Shown: positions 1 through 8,556, counted from the stretch's first letter. The stretch is DNA of 20,000 bases from an uncultured virus (IMG/VR IMGVR_UViG_3300007900_000103) (IMGVR_UViG_3300007900_000103), one strand, 5' to 3'. Numbers and translations: made by a program. Notes: a model not told the origin generated them from the letters alone.

Positions 1-60
1 AGCAAATACACAGACGAGCAGACTTGCAATCATGTAGCCCCAGTATGTTGGCCTATCCAT
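1..60 (-). CDS. partial hypothetical membrane/secreted protein (N-terminus MDRPTYWGYMIASLLVCVFA..., runs off window)
   Basis: ATG at 60 overlaps the end of ORF 53..637; frame open to window edge; hydrophobic stretch. Confidence 0.5.
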   Translation of the reverse strand, partial: MDRPTYWGYMIASLLVCVFA

Positions 61-637
61 GAAGCATCCTCATCTGTGGCTTAGCCCAGTGATCGAAGTC
101 ACGTTGCAGTGTATTCAGCAGGTCACCCTTGCCACAGACGAACGGCATATTCCTGACCAGCTTCGCCTTCTGTTCCAGCTCGTCGCGTATGTACATATTT
201 GTAGCGTTGCATGTTCCAGACGTAGTGTCTGATGTGGTGGTGGTGGCTGTTGATCCACCCTGCCAGTAGTAAGCCATTGCATCATCCCTTCTTTGTTTTG
301 CGCCCATCTTCTCTTGCTCCATAAATGGATTGAGCCTCATCGCGAGCATGTCTTTCTTTGTCTTTGTGTGGAACGCATAAGCAGTGCCCTCGCCAAACAT
401 CCGATCGAGAATACGCGAACCTTTCTCATAGAAGTCACGAGCAAAGGCTGGATCAAGCATTGCCTCAGCGACCTTCTCGTTGAGCTTACGCTTGTCACAG
501 GTCCACACTTCTTGCTGGGCGAACTGATCGAACTGGTGATGCCAGAACCCGGAGTTCCTTCGTTTGAAAGACTCCGGGTCCTGTCGAGGATCACCGTACA
601 TTTCCTTCCAGCTGAATGGTGTTTTGGTGATAGCCAT
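53..637 (-). CDS. hypothetical phage protein
   Basis: 194-aa ORF, start overlaps stop of upstream ORF (TAATG coupling), co-oriented with operon. Confidence 0.75.
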   Translation of the reverse strand: MAITKTPFSWKEMYGDPRQDPESFKRRNSGFWHHQFDQFAQQEVWTCDKRKLNEKVAEAMLDPAFARDFYEKGSRILDRMFGEGTAYAFHTKTKKDMLAMRLNPFMEQEKMGAKQRRDDAMAYYWQGGSTATTTTSDTTSGTCNATNMYIRDELEQKAKLVRNMPFVCGKGDLLNTLQRDFDHWAKPQMRMLHG

Positions 638-1062
638 TACTTACGCTTGTCTTTGATCTCCTTGGTGATCTCCATGTTCACGTCAGGCAGGCGCTTCAGG
701 ATTTGACCGTACATCTCCTTCATCTCGTCGCCGCGCTTCTCAAGTTGATTCTCCAGCTTGTCGCGGTACTTGTCCTTGACTTTAGCGATGCCGTCATCTC
801 TGTCTTTCGCAGCCTTGCGCTCAGCCTCACCGATGCGCTTATCAGCGTCCATCGTGACGGACTCTTCACGCATCTTCAGTTTGTGCGCAACCATCTCATC
901 GCTGATCTGTTTCGTCTGTTCGAGGTTTTTATTCTCGACCTCAAGCTCGTGGTTCTCGTCCTCCAGCTTGTGCGAAACCTCCAGCAGCGTCGTGCATCGT
1001 TCTTCGAGCATGGTGATCCGTTCACTTAGAACTTCTTCACGTTTTTTATCTAATCCAAACAT
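637..1062 (-). CDS. hypothetical coiled-coil protein
   Basis: 141 aa, E/K/L heptad-like composition; GGAGG SD upstream. Confidence 0.8.
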   Translation of the reverse strand: MFGLDKKREEVLSERITMLEERCTTLLEVSHKLEDENHELEVENKNLEQTKQISDEMVAHKLKMREESVTMDADKRIGEAERKAAKDRDDGIAKVKDKYRDKLENQLEKRGDEMKEMYGQILKRLPDVNMEITKEIKDKRK

Positions 1063-1077
1063 TGTTATTGCCTCCAG

Positions 1078-1497
1078 TTAAAACGGTATGTCGTCGTCAA
1101 AATCTTCGTTCGGCGCAGGGTCAGGCTTAGCGCTTGGACCGCTATGGTTCGGTGCGTCCGAGCGCGAGCCAATGAATAGCGTGTTGTTCGCACGGACCTT
1201 CGTGGTCCAGCGATCGTTGCCATCCTTGTCCTGCCACTTGTCGGTACGCATCTCGCCCTCGACGTAGCACTGTGACCCTTTGCTCAGGTACTTCTCACAA
1301 GCCTCAGCCTGATTACCCCAGACCTCGATGTTCATCCACTCGGTACGCTCTTTCATCTCACCTGTCTGCTTGTCTTTCCATGTCTGGGAGACAGCCAACG
1401 AGAAGTTGCAAACAGCCTGACCGGATGGCAGGAACTTGATCTCTGGGTCTTTGCCGAGGTTGCCCAAGGCAATGACTTTGTTGATACCTCTACTCAC
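1078..1497 (-). CDS. ssb: single-stranded DNA-binding protein
   Basis: NKVIALGNLGKDPE OB-fold start, YLSKGSQCYVEGEMRT motif, acidic DFDDDIPF C-terminal tail. Confidence 0.98.
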   Translation of the reverse strand: MSRGINKVIALGNLGKDPEIKFLPSGQAVCNFSLAVSQTWKDKQTGEMKERTEWMNIEVWGNQAEACEKYLSKGSQCYVEGEMRTDKWQDKDGNDRWTTKVRANNTLFIGSRSDAPNHSGPSAKPDPAPNEDFDDDIPF

Positions 1498-1663
1498 AAT
1501 CTATTCTCCTAATGCGGTTATCTCGATTTACAAATCTGTGTACAACTACGTCGCAATAGAGGCAGCGCTGTACGAGCACCTCGCAATCAGTTAGCGACTT
1601 CTCGATCCTGATGGTGTCTGGTGCGTGGAAGCCGAACCAGCATTTTATCTTTCGTATGCTCAT
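1490..1663 (-). CDS. small Cys/His-containing phage protein (C-x-FG-x-H ... CxxC, DUF1660-like)
   Basis: Start MSIRKIKCWFGFH at 1663 with ATGA overlap; CLYC motif. Confidence 0.6.
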   Translation of the reverse strand: MSIRKIKCWFGFHAPDTIRIEKSLTDCEVLVQRCLYCDVVVHRFVNRDNRIRRIDCE

Positions 1664-1860
1664 TCTTCCTCCACCACCCAGCAATCGACGCTGACGTTCT
1701 TGACGTTGCGAACAACGACACAGCGAACACCATCATCTACGTCGATCACCTCGACGTACTGGAACTTGCCACTGGCGTATCCAATGATTGCTGCCGCTCC
1801 GAGCGATAGGACCACGATAACGAAGATGACAACAAGAAGCGCAGCGGCAGTATCACTCAT
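1660..1860 (-). CDS. small membrane protein
   Basis: N-terminal hydrophobic helix; overlaps both neighbouring genes. Confidence 0.7.
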   Translation of the reverse strand: MSDTAAALLVVIFVIVVLSLGAAAIIGYASGKFQYVEVIDVDDGVRCVVVRNVKNVSVDCWVVEEE

Positions 1861-2761
1861 TGCCCTGCCCCTCTCTCAGCACATTGCGCATCTTCGTGTA
1901 CGTGATACGAGCGGTTCCCTGATCCATTTCATTGAGACCCTTCGCCATGTCAGCAGCTTTGAGTAAGTCTTCCATGGAATCAGACTGGTGCATGGCACGC
2001 TCAACCTGAGCCAGCGTTGGCATGACCTCACCCTCTGTGCCCGGTACTTCAGGCAACGCAGCTGATTCTTGTTTTGGCAGCTCGTACTGAGTCACTGGTG
2101 GTGGCGTGTCGTCGTGATCCTGCCGCTCTTCAACCACACCCAGACCCTTCAGTAGATCGGGGTAGGCATCGCGCAGGCAGTACGCACGAGCACGCATCTG
2201 GAGCATCCGCTTGGGGTGCTTCTTCCAGTTGAACTTGGTAGAGATGCCTGCCTGTACAGCGTCGTCCATGGAGTAGGAAGCCGTCACTGGATTGGGATCA
2301 CCTTCACGTTGTGTTGTGCAGGTGGCAGTTTTCCCATCATCGGAGATTTTTTCTTCGATCCAGAGACATTTGGGGGAGGCTCGTACTACTCCTATGAGAC
2401 CATCGCCATACAGACAGGGCTTACCCTCGATCACAGCGATGGACTGGATTGCCTGAAACGGCTCCATACCCAGCTCTGCGCCCATGTTGATTGCCACGAA
2501 GACATCATTGGGCCTACCCACGTAATCAATGGGTACGAGGTTCGAGCACGCCAGAGTATGCGCAATGCGTTTGGCTATCTCGTACTTGGCGAATGCAGGG
2601 TCAGCCTGAATCGTCATATCAACGATTTCAGTTGGCATCTCTTCGGTGCCCTCTGTCCTGACCAGATCACTGGTCTTCTTGGCGCGAGACTTCTTCTTCG
2701 CGACCTTCTTCTTCGCCACTTTTTTCTTGGTGGTTTTCTTTGCTGCTTTGTCGGTTGTCAT
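1853..2761 (-). CDS. RecT-like ssDNA annealing recombinase
   Basis: GAELGMEPFQAIQSIAVIEGKPCLYGD and WKKHPKRMLQMRARAYCLRDAYPDLLKG motifs typical of phage RecT-family SSAPs; lies between YqaJ exonuclease and ssb. Confidence 0.88.
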   Translation of the reverse strand: MTTDKAAKKTTKKKVAKKKVAKKKSRAKKTSDLVRTEGTEEMPTEIVDMTIQADPAFAKYEIAKRIAHTLACSNLVPIDYVGRPNDVFVAINMGAELGMEPFQAIQSIAVIEGKPCLYGDGLIGVVRASPKCLWIEEKISDDGKTATCTTQREGDPNPVTASYSMDDAVQAGISTKFNWKKHPKRMLQMRARAYCLRDAYPDLLKGLGVVEERQDHDDTPPPVTQYELPKQESAALPEVPGTEGEVMPTLAQVERAMHQSDSMEDLLKAADMAKGLNEMDQGTARITYTKMRNVLREGQGNE

Positions 2762-2765
2762 TCGA

Positions 2766-2912
2766 TCATTTCCTTACTGCTGCTTCCAGTGCCTTGCACT
2801 TGGATTCCAGTGACTCCAGTAGCAGTACGTTCGGTACTGATGTGGGTGCTGCCTGTACATTGTCTGCGACAGCTTTTGCTTGTGCGTTTACTGCATTGAT
2901 TTCGGCGTTCAT
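2766..2912 (-). CDS. small hypothetical protein, 48 aa (MNAEINAVNAQAKAVADNVQ...), absent from ORF track
   Basis: GAGG SD + ATAACAATG start context shared with other genes; fills the operon gap. Confidence 0.65.
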   Translation of the reverse strand: MNAEINAVNAQAKAVADNVQAAPTSVPNVLLLESLESKCKALEAAVRK

Positions 2913-2914
2913 TG

Positions 2915-3097
2915 TTATGTCCTCAATAGTTGCAAGATTAGTGTTGCGGCATCTTCGTTGATGTAGTCAGTCTCACGACTGTACGGTGTGCCGTCTTTGT
3001 CTTTGAAGCCAACGTAGTAACCGTGAGGCGAGTACATGACTTCAGGTTTGGTGCCGGGATGCTTGGCTCCCGACAGGACCGTCTCACCGGGGATCAC
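2915..3097 (-). CDS. small hypothetical phage protein
   Basis: 60 aa, GTGA overlap with exonuclease stop. Confidence 0.7.
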   Translation of the reverse strand: MIPGETVLSGAKHPGTKPEVMYSPHGYYVGFKDKDGTPYSRETDYINEDAATLILQLLRT

Positions 3098-4038
3098 GAT
3101 TGATCCTCCAGCTTGATTACAGTGCCTTCCTCGATCGCCTTGGTTGCTGCCACTGGTAGCTTGGCAGCGTGCCGGGTCACGATGAAGGTGTTCTCTTTGA
3201 CCTCGAAGGCTTTGCGGGTTTGCTCTTTGCGGGTGTATGCCGAACCATCTGGCAGCATCCCGATTGCGCTCTCACCCATGAGCATTGCGATGCGGTTTTT
3301 GCATCCGTCAACGACCTTCTCGAAGATGAGCCTTTGTTCATTGGCATCCTTCATCACGTTGTGATATTGCTGCGCCACTTCTGGCAGCTCAAGGACCTGC
3401 CCATTGGTGCCGGGGTAGAAGTTCTTGAGGAAGCGCGTGGTGGCAGCAGACTGCCATTCTGGTTCTGGCGCGACCTTGTTCTCGACGCGATCCCAGAACT
3501 CGGTCTCAGCTTCGATCAGTTGGTCGATGATGTCTTGGATGGGGTTGATGCGGTACATGCGGAAGTCGCGGTTGCCGATCAGCACAGCCAAGTCCCAGAC
3601 ATCGTAGCCGGTGACAGCGAGGTAGTGCTGCACCTGACACATGATGTATGCGGGGATTTCATTTGAGCCAGACTCACCCCACCCATCTGCTCGTGCTGCG
3701 GTCTTGGCTTCAAAGCCGATACGCATCTCTTCACCGACAACCTTGCGGTCGATATTGGCGAGCATAAAGGGGTGCTCTTTCGAGCGGATCATGTTGTTGG
3801 CTTTCTGGATTTTGTAGCCAGTCTCTTCAGCGTAACGATCGCTGACTGGCTGTTCGAGAACGCTACCCCAGTAGCGCGATTCCCTCAGAAAGTTTGGGTC
3901 TTCTTCGGGTGCTTCGCCTAGCTTATCCAGATAGAGTTCGTAAGCTGTCTTGAAGGGGCTGATGCCGAGAACGGTTGCTGCATCTGAGCCACCAATTCCT
4001 GAGCGACGTTCTTGAAGTTGTTCTTTTGTGAGTGCCAT
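3094..4038 (-). CDS. YqaJ-like viral recombinase exonuclease (lambda Exo superfamily)
   Basis: RRSGIGGSDAATVLG, WGSVLEQPV, HPFMLANIDR, FEAKT, QVQHYLAVTG motifs; AGGAG SD. Confidence 0.96.
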   Translation of the reverse strand: MALTKEQLQERRSGIGGSDAATVLGISPFKTAYELYLDKLGEAPEEDPNFLRESRYWGSVLEQPVSDRYAEETGYKIQKANNMIRSKEHPFMLANIDRKVVGEEMRIGFEAKTAARADGWGESGSNEIPAYIMCQVQHYLAVTGYDVWDLAVLIGNRDFRMYRINPIQDIIDQLIEAETEFWDRVENKVAPEPEWQSAATTRFLKNFYPGTNGQVLELPEVAQQYHNVMKDANEQRLIFEKVVDGCKNRIAMLMGESAIGMLPDGSAYTRKEQTRKAFEVKENTFIVTRHAAKLPVAATKAIEEGTVIKLEDQS

Positions 4039-4087
4039 ACGGCTAATCTCCTGTTAATTCACACTGCCTACCAATGTGGTTCAGGGT

Positions 4088-4115
4088 AGTATGCCTGAGC
4101 GCTGGCAAAAGTCAA
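4088..4115 (-). promoter_or_regulatory. leftward sigma70-type promoter for recombination operon
   Basis: TTGACT-16 nt-CATACT on minus strand; flanks resemble the promoters at 10541-10569 and 13581-13609. Confidence 0.6.
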
Positions 4116-4169
4116 CACTCAGTGGTAAAGTTTCATCCACTAATGATAAATCAAACATGCGAGATACAA

Positions 4170-4436
4170 ATGGCTGACACCCACACGTACTACGGACCAA
4201 GCGTACGTGTCGATTCCAATCCACCCCACGTAAACGTCATCAGGCGCTTTCGTGAAGAGTTGAGAATGGATCGGCGCGAGTTCGCTGAGTTGCTGGAAGT
4301 GAATGTCGATACGTTGCGCGTCTGGGAGACACAAGGGAAGAGTAAGCCAAGGGGTCAAGCAGCCCTAAAGATTATGGATGTAGCGAAACGCAACGACTAC
4401 CCCATGAGCATTGAAGAAATTTTTGACAGGGAGTGA
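4170..4436 (+). CDS. Cro/XRE-family helix-turn-helix regulator
   Basis: IRRFREELRMDRREFAELLEVNVDTLRVWETQGKSKP HTH_3 pattern; divergent from exonuclease operon; ATG 4170 preferred over 4074, which overlaps the promoter. Confidence 0.88.
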   Translation: MADTHTYYGPSVRVDSNPPHVNVIRRFREELRMDRREFAELLEVNVDTLRVWETQGKSKPRGQAALKIMDVAKRNDYPMSIEEIFDRE

Positions 4437-4449
4437 GTCTCTGGTGTAC

Positions 4450-4493
4450 AAAATAAAAGAAGCCCCGATGAGCGAGATATTCACCGGGGCTTC
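4450..4493 (-). terminator. intrinsic terminator, minus strand
   Basis: GAAGCCCCG/CGGGGCTTC stem (4459-4467/4485-4493) followed by TTTTATTTT on minus strand. Confidence 0.75.
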
Positions 4494-4525
4494 ACATCTG
4501 GTAAAGGTTGACCGCCGACCAGACG
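4450..4525 (-). ncRNA. putative ~75-nt antisense RNA (OOP/RNAI-like)
   Basis: Candidate promoter TTGTTA-18-TAGACT (4561-4532), hairpin 4497-4523, then terminator; no convincing minus-strand gene ends here. Confidence 0.4.
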
Positions 4526-4595
4526 CATACGAGTCTACACGAATCTACAGCGATCTAACAAGCGGCAACCCCACCAGCTTTCGCTGAGTATCGGG

Positions 4596-4817
4596 GTGAC
4601 TACGTTCCTCAGCCAAAGTATCCAGCCACCTTCCGGGTCGAACCGTGCGGGATCAGGTGGTCAGAAGGTAAGCAGCGCGGCGTGTGTACCGGCTCTCGAA
4701 AGCTCTCGAAGTAGCAGTTCACAGATGAGACGTTTTGACCTACTGGGTCAGGGTCTCGTCTGCCCGGATCAAAGATCGAAGCTGCAAAAGAACTTAACAA
4801 ACAGATACTACTTATGA
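4596..4817 (+). CDS. possible leader ORF coupled to helicase
   Basis: GTG start, stop overlaps helicase ATG (ATGA); no clear SD and sequence is strongly RNA-structured, so it may be non-coding. Confidence 0.3.
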   Translation: MTTFLSQSIQPPSGSNRAGSGGQKVSSAACVPALESSRSSSSQMRRFDLLGQGLVCPDQRSKLQKNLTNRYYL

Positions 4818-6379
4818 TTACTCCGTGGGACTGGCAATGGGACATTATCAACCAAGTGAGACAAGCGGTTGCCGCTGGTCACAGGAAGATTCTCGTGGTG
4901 GTTCCTACGGGTGGTGGCAAGACAGTCATCGCAGCTCAGATCGTAAAACTTGCTGCGGAGAAGTTTCGTCGTTCCCAGTTTCTTGCCCATCGCCGCGAGC
5001 TTATTTACCAGTGCGCTGACAAGCTCGAAAAGTTCGGCGTAGACCACGGTATCCTGATGGCTGGTGAATACCCATACGGCGCAGCTGATTGTCAGGTCTC
5101 CAGTATCCAGACGGTCACAGCTCGATGTATCACAACGGAGAAGATGCCGCTCCCCAATTCTGATGTAGTTATCATTGATGAAGCTCACCGCTCGCTCGCA
5201 CCGACCTACATCACGCTGATCAACCACTATGGTGAAGCTGTGGTCATAGGGCTGACGGCTACTCCCATACGAAGCGACGGCAAAGGCTTGGGTCACGTGT
5301 ACGATCACATGATTCTGGGTCCGAGCATCGGCTGGATGATCGCTCATAATTACCTCGTTGAGCCGAAGACGTTCGCACCCACCATACCAGACCTGACAGG
5401 TGTCAGGATCAGGGGTGGTGACTACGACCCGCAGGACCTTGAGAACGCAATGAATCGCCGTGAGCTGGTGGGCGACATTATCCAGCACTGGTGGAGGCTT
5501 GCGCACGACAGACCGAGCATCGTGTTTGCCAGCGGCGTGAAGCACTCGATCAACATCCGTGACGAGTTCATTAAGCAGGGCGTGAGAGCTGCGCACATCG
5601 ACGGTGACACCGACATCAAGGACCGCAAGTCAATCATCGAAGACCTGCGCACTGGTCGCCTGCAAGTGGTGACCAACTACGCTGTGCTGACAGAGGGTTT
5701 CGATGAGCCAAGACTGTCAGCAGGCATCCTCGCACGAGCGACGAAAAACATTGGCCTGTTCATGCAGATGGGCGGCAGGATTCTCAGGCCATGGGAGGGT
5801 AAGACAGATGCTCGCTTGATCGACCATAGCGGTAACGTCTACGAGCACGGCTTCCTGCAAGACGAAAAAGACTGGGTACTGGAAGAGGGTAAGGCTCTCA
5901 CCACCAACACAGCAGAGCGGCAACGAGAGTTCGATGAAAAGAAGCCGATAACCTGTGTCGAGTGCGCAACTGTTTACTCAGGTCAGATCAACTGTCCGCA
6001 CTGTGGTCACGTGCCAGAGAAGAGGGGTAGGTATGTCGAATCACGAGCAGGTGAGTTGATGGAAGTTCGAGCAGAGGCACGACGCACAGCGAAGGCGAGG
6101 AAGTTCACGCCAGAAGAGCGTGAGATGTGGTACAGATCAATACTACGAATCGGCATCAATAAGCCGAAGGTGAACAACGTGTACGGCTGGGCCGCGCACA
6201 GATACAACAAGAAGTTCGATGAGTGGCCTGAGAAGTGGTTCTCGAAAGAGGCTCTCGATGAGGCGCTACCAGAGGTCGCGTCATGGCAACGTGGCAACGA
6301 CATCAGGTACGCAAAAGCAATGGAGGCGAAAGCAAAACGTGAAGAAGAAGAAGCAACCCAGACCAGCGGCGCTGGTTAA
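4814..6379 (+). CDS. SF2 DEAD/DEAH-box helicase with C-terminal Zn finger (RadD/YejH-like)
   Basis: Walker A PTGGGKT, DEAH, TAT motif III, LTEGFD, QMGGRILR motif VI, CVEC...CPHC. Confidence 0.96.
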   Translation: MITPWDWQWDIINQVRQAVAAGHRKILVVVPTGGGKTVIAAQIVKLAAEKFRRSQFLAHRRELIYQCADKLEKFGVDHGILMAGEYPYGAADCQVSSIQTVTARCITTEKMPLPNSDVVIIDEAHRSLAPTYITLINHYGEAVVIGLTATPIRSDGKGLGHVYDHMILGPSIGWMIAHNYLVEPKTFAPTIPDLTGVRIRGGDYDPQDLENAMNRRELVGDIIQHWWRLAHDRPSIVFASGVKHSINIRDEFIKQGVRAAHIDGDTDIKDRKSIIEDLRTGRLQVVTNYAVLTEGFDEPRLSAGILARATKNIGLFMQMGGRILRPWEGKTDARLIDHSGNVYEHGFLQDEKDWVLEEGKALTTNTAERQREFDEKKPITCVECATVYSGQINCPHCGHVPEKRGRYVESRAGELMEVRAEARRTAKARKFTPEEREMWYRSILRIGINKPKVNNVYGWAAHRYNKKFDEWPEKWFSKEALDEALPEVASWQRGNDIRYAKAMEAKAKREEEEATQTSGAG

Positions 6380-6617
6380 GACAGTAAAAGACAATCGAGT
6401 GAGGATGATGGCAGATCGACTGGCGATCCTGCTGGTGATCTGTAATGCCAGAGACGGAGACGACTGGAACCCATGGATGGGCGAAGAGATGTATGACGGT
6501 CTCGACCAGCTTGGTGATCAGGTTCGCAAGATGAAGGACTACGATACAGCGAAGAAGATTGTGCGACTGTGGATCGAGAAGCAGGACAAGCGCAGCAGGG
6601 AGATGTTCAGTGAGTAA
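6339..6617 (+). CDS. hypothetical protein (start uncertain)
   Basis: Open frame bridging helicase and next gene; GTG 6339 downstream of GGAGG, or a later start near 6399-6408. Confidence 0.6.
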   Translation: MKKKKQPRPAALVKTVKDNRVRMMADRLAILLVICNARDGDDWNPWMGEEMYDGLDQLGDQVRKMKDYDTAKKIVRLWIEKQDKRSREMFSE

Positions 6618-7290
6618 TATCGCATATAACGCCAAGGTCACAATGCACGAAGCGAAGTGGACAGACGTGGACGGCAGCACCGTGACGTTCAAGCTACCCA
6701 TGGGTGGCATGGAGGGACAGCGCAACCCATTCGAGAAGTTCACTAAGCGCAGGAAGGGGCGAGCTGGGACGCGCTTCGCGATGATCTGCTACGAGATTCA
6801 GAATGATTGTCAGGGTCCGATGGTCTACAAGGACGAGGCGATGCTGACAGGCTGGAACGATAGCCAGTCCAACGGGCACACCGTGAAGTTCTGGCTATGT
6901 AATGACGGCATGGGTCATCCGTTCGATGGATACGAACGCAAGAAGGATCGCTTCGTTGTCGCTCTGGTCGAGCTGGACGACGATCAGGAGACGATCGACC
7001 AGAAGATGAGGGATAAGGTGGAGAGGGCGAAGAAGCGCCCCTCAGAGCGCCCCAGTTATGTTGCTGCCATGTTGTGCAAGAACGAAAGGTTCTGGGAGTG
7101 GCTGCGGTCAGTACATGATTATGCAGTAAACAACGAAGACGATGCGCGTATAGCGATGATGGCGATACTCAACCTTGTTGGTGAGTCTCGCAGTATCCTC
7201 GATAAGATCGAGCATCAGGAGCGCCGCTTTCATGCTCGTGTCAGGGTTCCGTTTGTGGAGTGGCAGGCTGAGCAAGGAGACCCATTTTGA
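6610..7290 (+). CDS. hypothetical phage protein with internal domain duplication
   Basis: GTG 6610 after GGGAG; two W-x-D...G-x-TV-x-F-x-L...PF...RF repeats; C-terminal AAMLCKNERFWEWL segment. Confidence 0.8.
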   Translation: MSNIAYNAKVTMHEAKWTDVDGSTVTFKLPMGGMEGQRNPFEKFTKRRKGRAGTRFAMICYEIQNDCQGPMVYKDEAMLTGWNDSQSNGHTVKFWLCNDGMGHPFDGYERKKDRFVVALVELDDDQETIDQKMRDKVERAKKRPSERPSYVAAMLCKNERFWEWLRSVHDYAVNNEDDARIAMMAILNLVGESRSILDKIEHQERRFHARVRVPFVEWQAEQGDPF

Positions 7291-7763
7291 CGTTCTTTAT
7301 CGACCTAACACCAAACCAAATTCACATGGCTGCATCGCACGCGATTCTCAGGCGCTACGAGAAGCACTGTGGTAGGCGAGGCGACAGACCAGAGATCGAA
7401 GACTCAGACTGGAACAACGAAATCGAGGGCGCGTGCTGCGAGCTGGCTGTAACCATCTGGCAGGGGATACCATGGACAGGTGTCGGGGGCTTGCGAGCAA
7501 AGGACGCTGGTGAGTTCGAGGTGAAGTGGACTCGGCACAATGGCAGGGGTGGACTGATTGTTCACAAGCACATGGATGATGACAGCAAGTACATCCTGTT
7601 CGATGGCAAAGCCCCACGGTACACGTTTGTTGGGTGGGCCTATGGTAGGGATGCCAAGCAAGAGAAATACTTGCAGAAAGCAGGGTATTATCTGATGCCA
7701 CGCGACCATCTTAGAAAGAACATAAATGTCAAAGACGCTTCGACAACAGATAGCGGTCAGTAA
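7287..7763 (+). CDS. putative PD-(D/E)XK-like nuclease
   Basis: GACCELAV ... D-AG-EFEVK pattern; TTG start overlapping upstream stop, after AGGAG. Confidence 0.55.
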   Translation: MTFFIDLTPNQIHMAASHAILRRYEKHCGRRGDRPEIEDSDWNNEIEGACCELAVTIWQGIPWTGVGGLRAKDAGEFEVKWTRHNGRGGLIVHKHMDDDSKYILFDGKAPRYTFVGWAYGRDAKQEKYLQKAGYYLMPRDHLRKNINVKDASTTDSGQ

Positions 7764-8154
7764 ACACGAGAAGAGCCTGAGAGGTCTTCGCTGCGTCGTC
7801 TCTCGATCGCCATTCGTAACCCTGCACCATTGTCATGGTGGCAGTATGAAGTTCGCGAACTGGCACGTAGGTATGGGTCAAAAGCAGAACCCGTTCCTTC
7901 AAATCCCACTCAATGACAAGTATCATGTGGGGGAATTCGGCATTGACTCTGGCTACGGGGTCGAGAGCTGGGAGCGAGACTTTGGCACACAGATGGAACA
8001 CCTCACATGGGTAAACGACCAACTTCCGTACAATCTCTTCGCAGAGGCAGTGTGGTGGGAAAAAGAAAATCGCCCAAATACTCCAACAGGAAAGTTGAGT
8101 TCGACGGACATAAGTTCGACTCCAAGCGAGAGTGTGAGCGATACAAAGAGCTGA
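7726..8154 (+). CDS. Ref/DUF968-like HNH-type nuclease (degenerate metal ligands)
   Basis: LHH...GMGQK...IPL...H-x-G...WERDFGTQMEHL pattern of the Ref (RecA-dependent nuclease)/DUF968 family. Confidence 0.7.
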   Translation: MSKTLRQQIAVSKHEKSLRGLRCVVSRSPFVTLHHCHGGSMKFANWHVGMGQKQNPFLQIPLNDKYHVGEFGIDSGYGVESWERDFGTQMEHLTWVNDQLPYNLFAEAVWWEKENRPNTPTGKLSSTDISSTPSESVSDTKS

Positions 8155-8417
8155 AGGCGCTTGAGAAAAACGGCAAGATCACTGAGCTGGAGTTGCAGCC
8201 AAAATTCTGGCTGAGGTGTGGCAACAAAGACATCCTGATCAAATCAGATCGCTACCCCAACGGACGGAGAGCCAGCTACAGGGCTGACTTCTCTTTCATT
8301 GATGACAGGGGTGATGAGCACGTCGAGGACGTTAAGGGCTTCGATACGAGCGGCTCACGGCTCAGGAGAGCTATTGTCGAGGCTGAGTATGGTATCAGGG
8401 TCGAGATTGTGAGATAG
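8055..8417 (+). CDS. DUF1064-family PD-(D/E)XK nuclease
   Basis: KYSNRKVEFDGHKFDSKRE...LELQPKF...YRADF...VEDVKG signature; GTG 8052/8055 after GAGG. Confidence 0.88.
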   Translation: MGKRKSPKYSNRKVEFDGHKFDSKRECERYKELKALEKNGKITELELQPKFWLRCGNKDILIKSDRYPNGRRASYRADFSFIDDRGDEHVEDVKGFDTSGSRLRRAIVEAEYGIRVEIVR

Positions 8418-8481
8418 TTCATCTGATTGCTGACACGCAATTGATCGGAAACATTGTTATCAAGTAAACCTCCAATGACTC

Positions 8482-8511
8482 AGGGCAGGCTTAATCACCT
8501 GCCCTTTTTTT
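8482..8511 (+). terminator. intrinsic terminator of rightward replication operon
   Basis: AGGGCAGG/CCTGCCCT stem + T7. Confidence 0.85.
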
Positions 8512-8516
8512 GTGGC

Positions 8517-8542
8517 AAAAGAAAGCCGGGTTGTTACCCGGC
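8517..8542 (-). terminator. intrinsic terminator, minus strand (distal of a tandem pair)
   Basis: GCCGGGT/ACCCGGC stem + TTTCTTTT on minus strand. Confidence 0.75.
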
Positions 8543-8556
8543 AATGTGGTGTGATT

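Noticed and set aside
4808..5596. Long antisense or alternate-frame ORFs (also 2216-2899, 15254-15904, 13802-14272, 3169-3666)
   Set aside because: Shadows of well-supported genes; no SD or motifs.
8419..8454. 11-aa minus-strand ORF with ATAACAATG start context
   Set aside because: Too short, SD far away, lies beyond two terminators.
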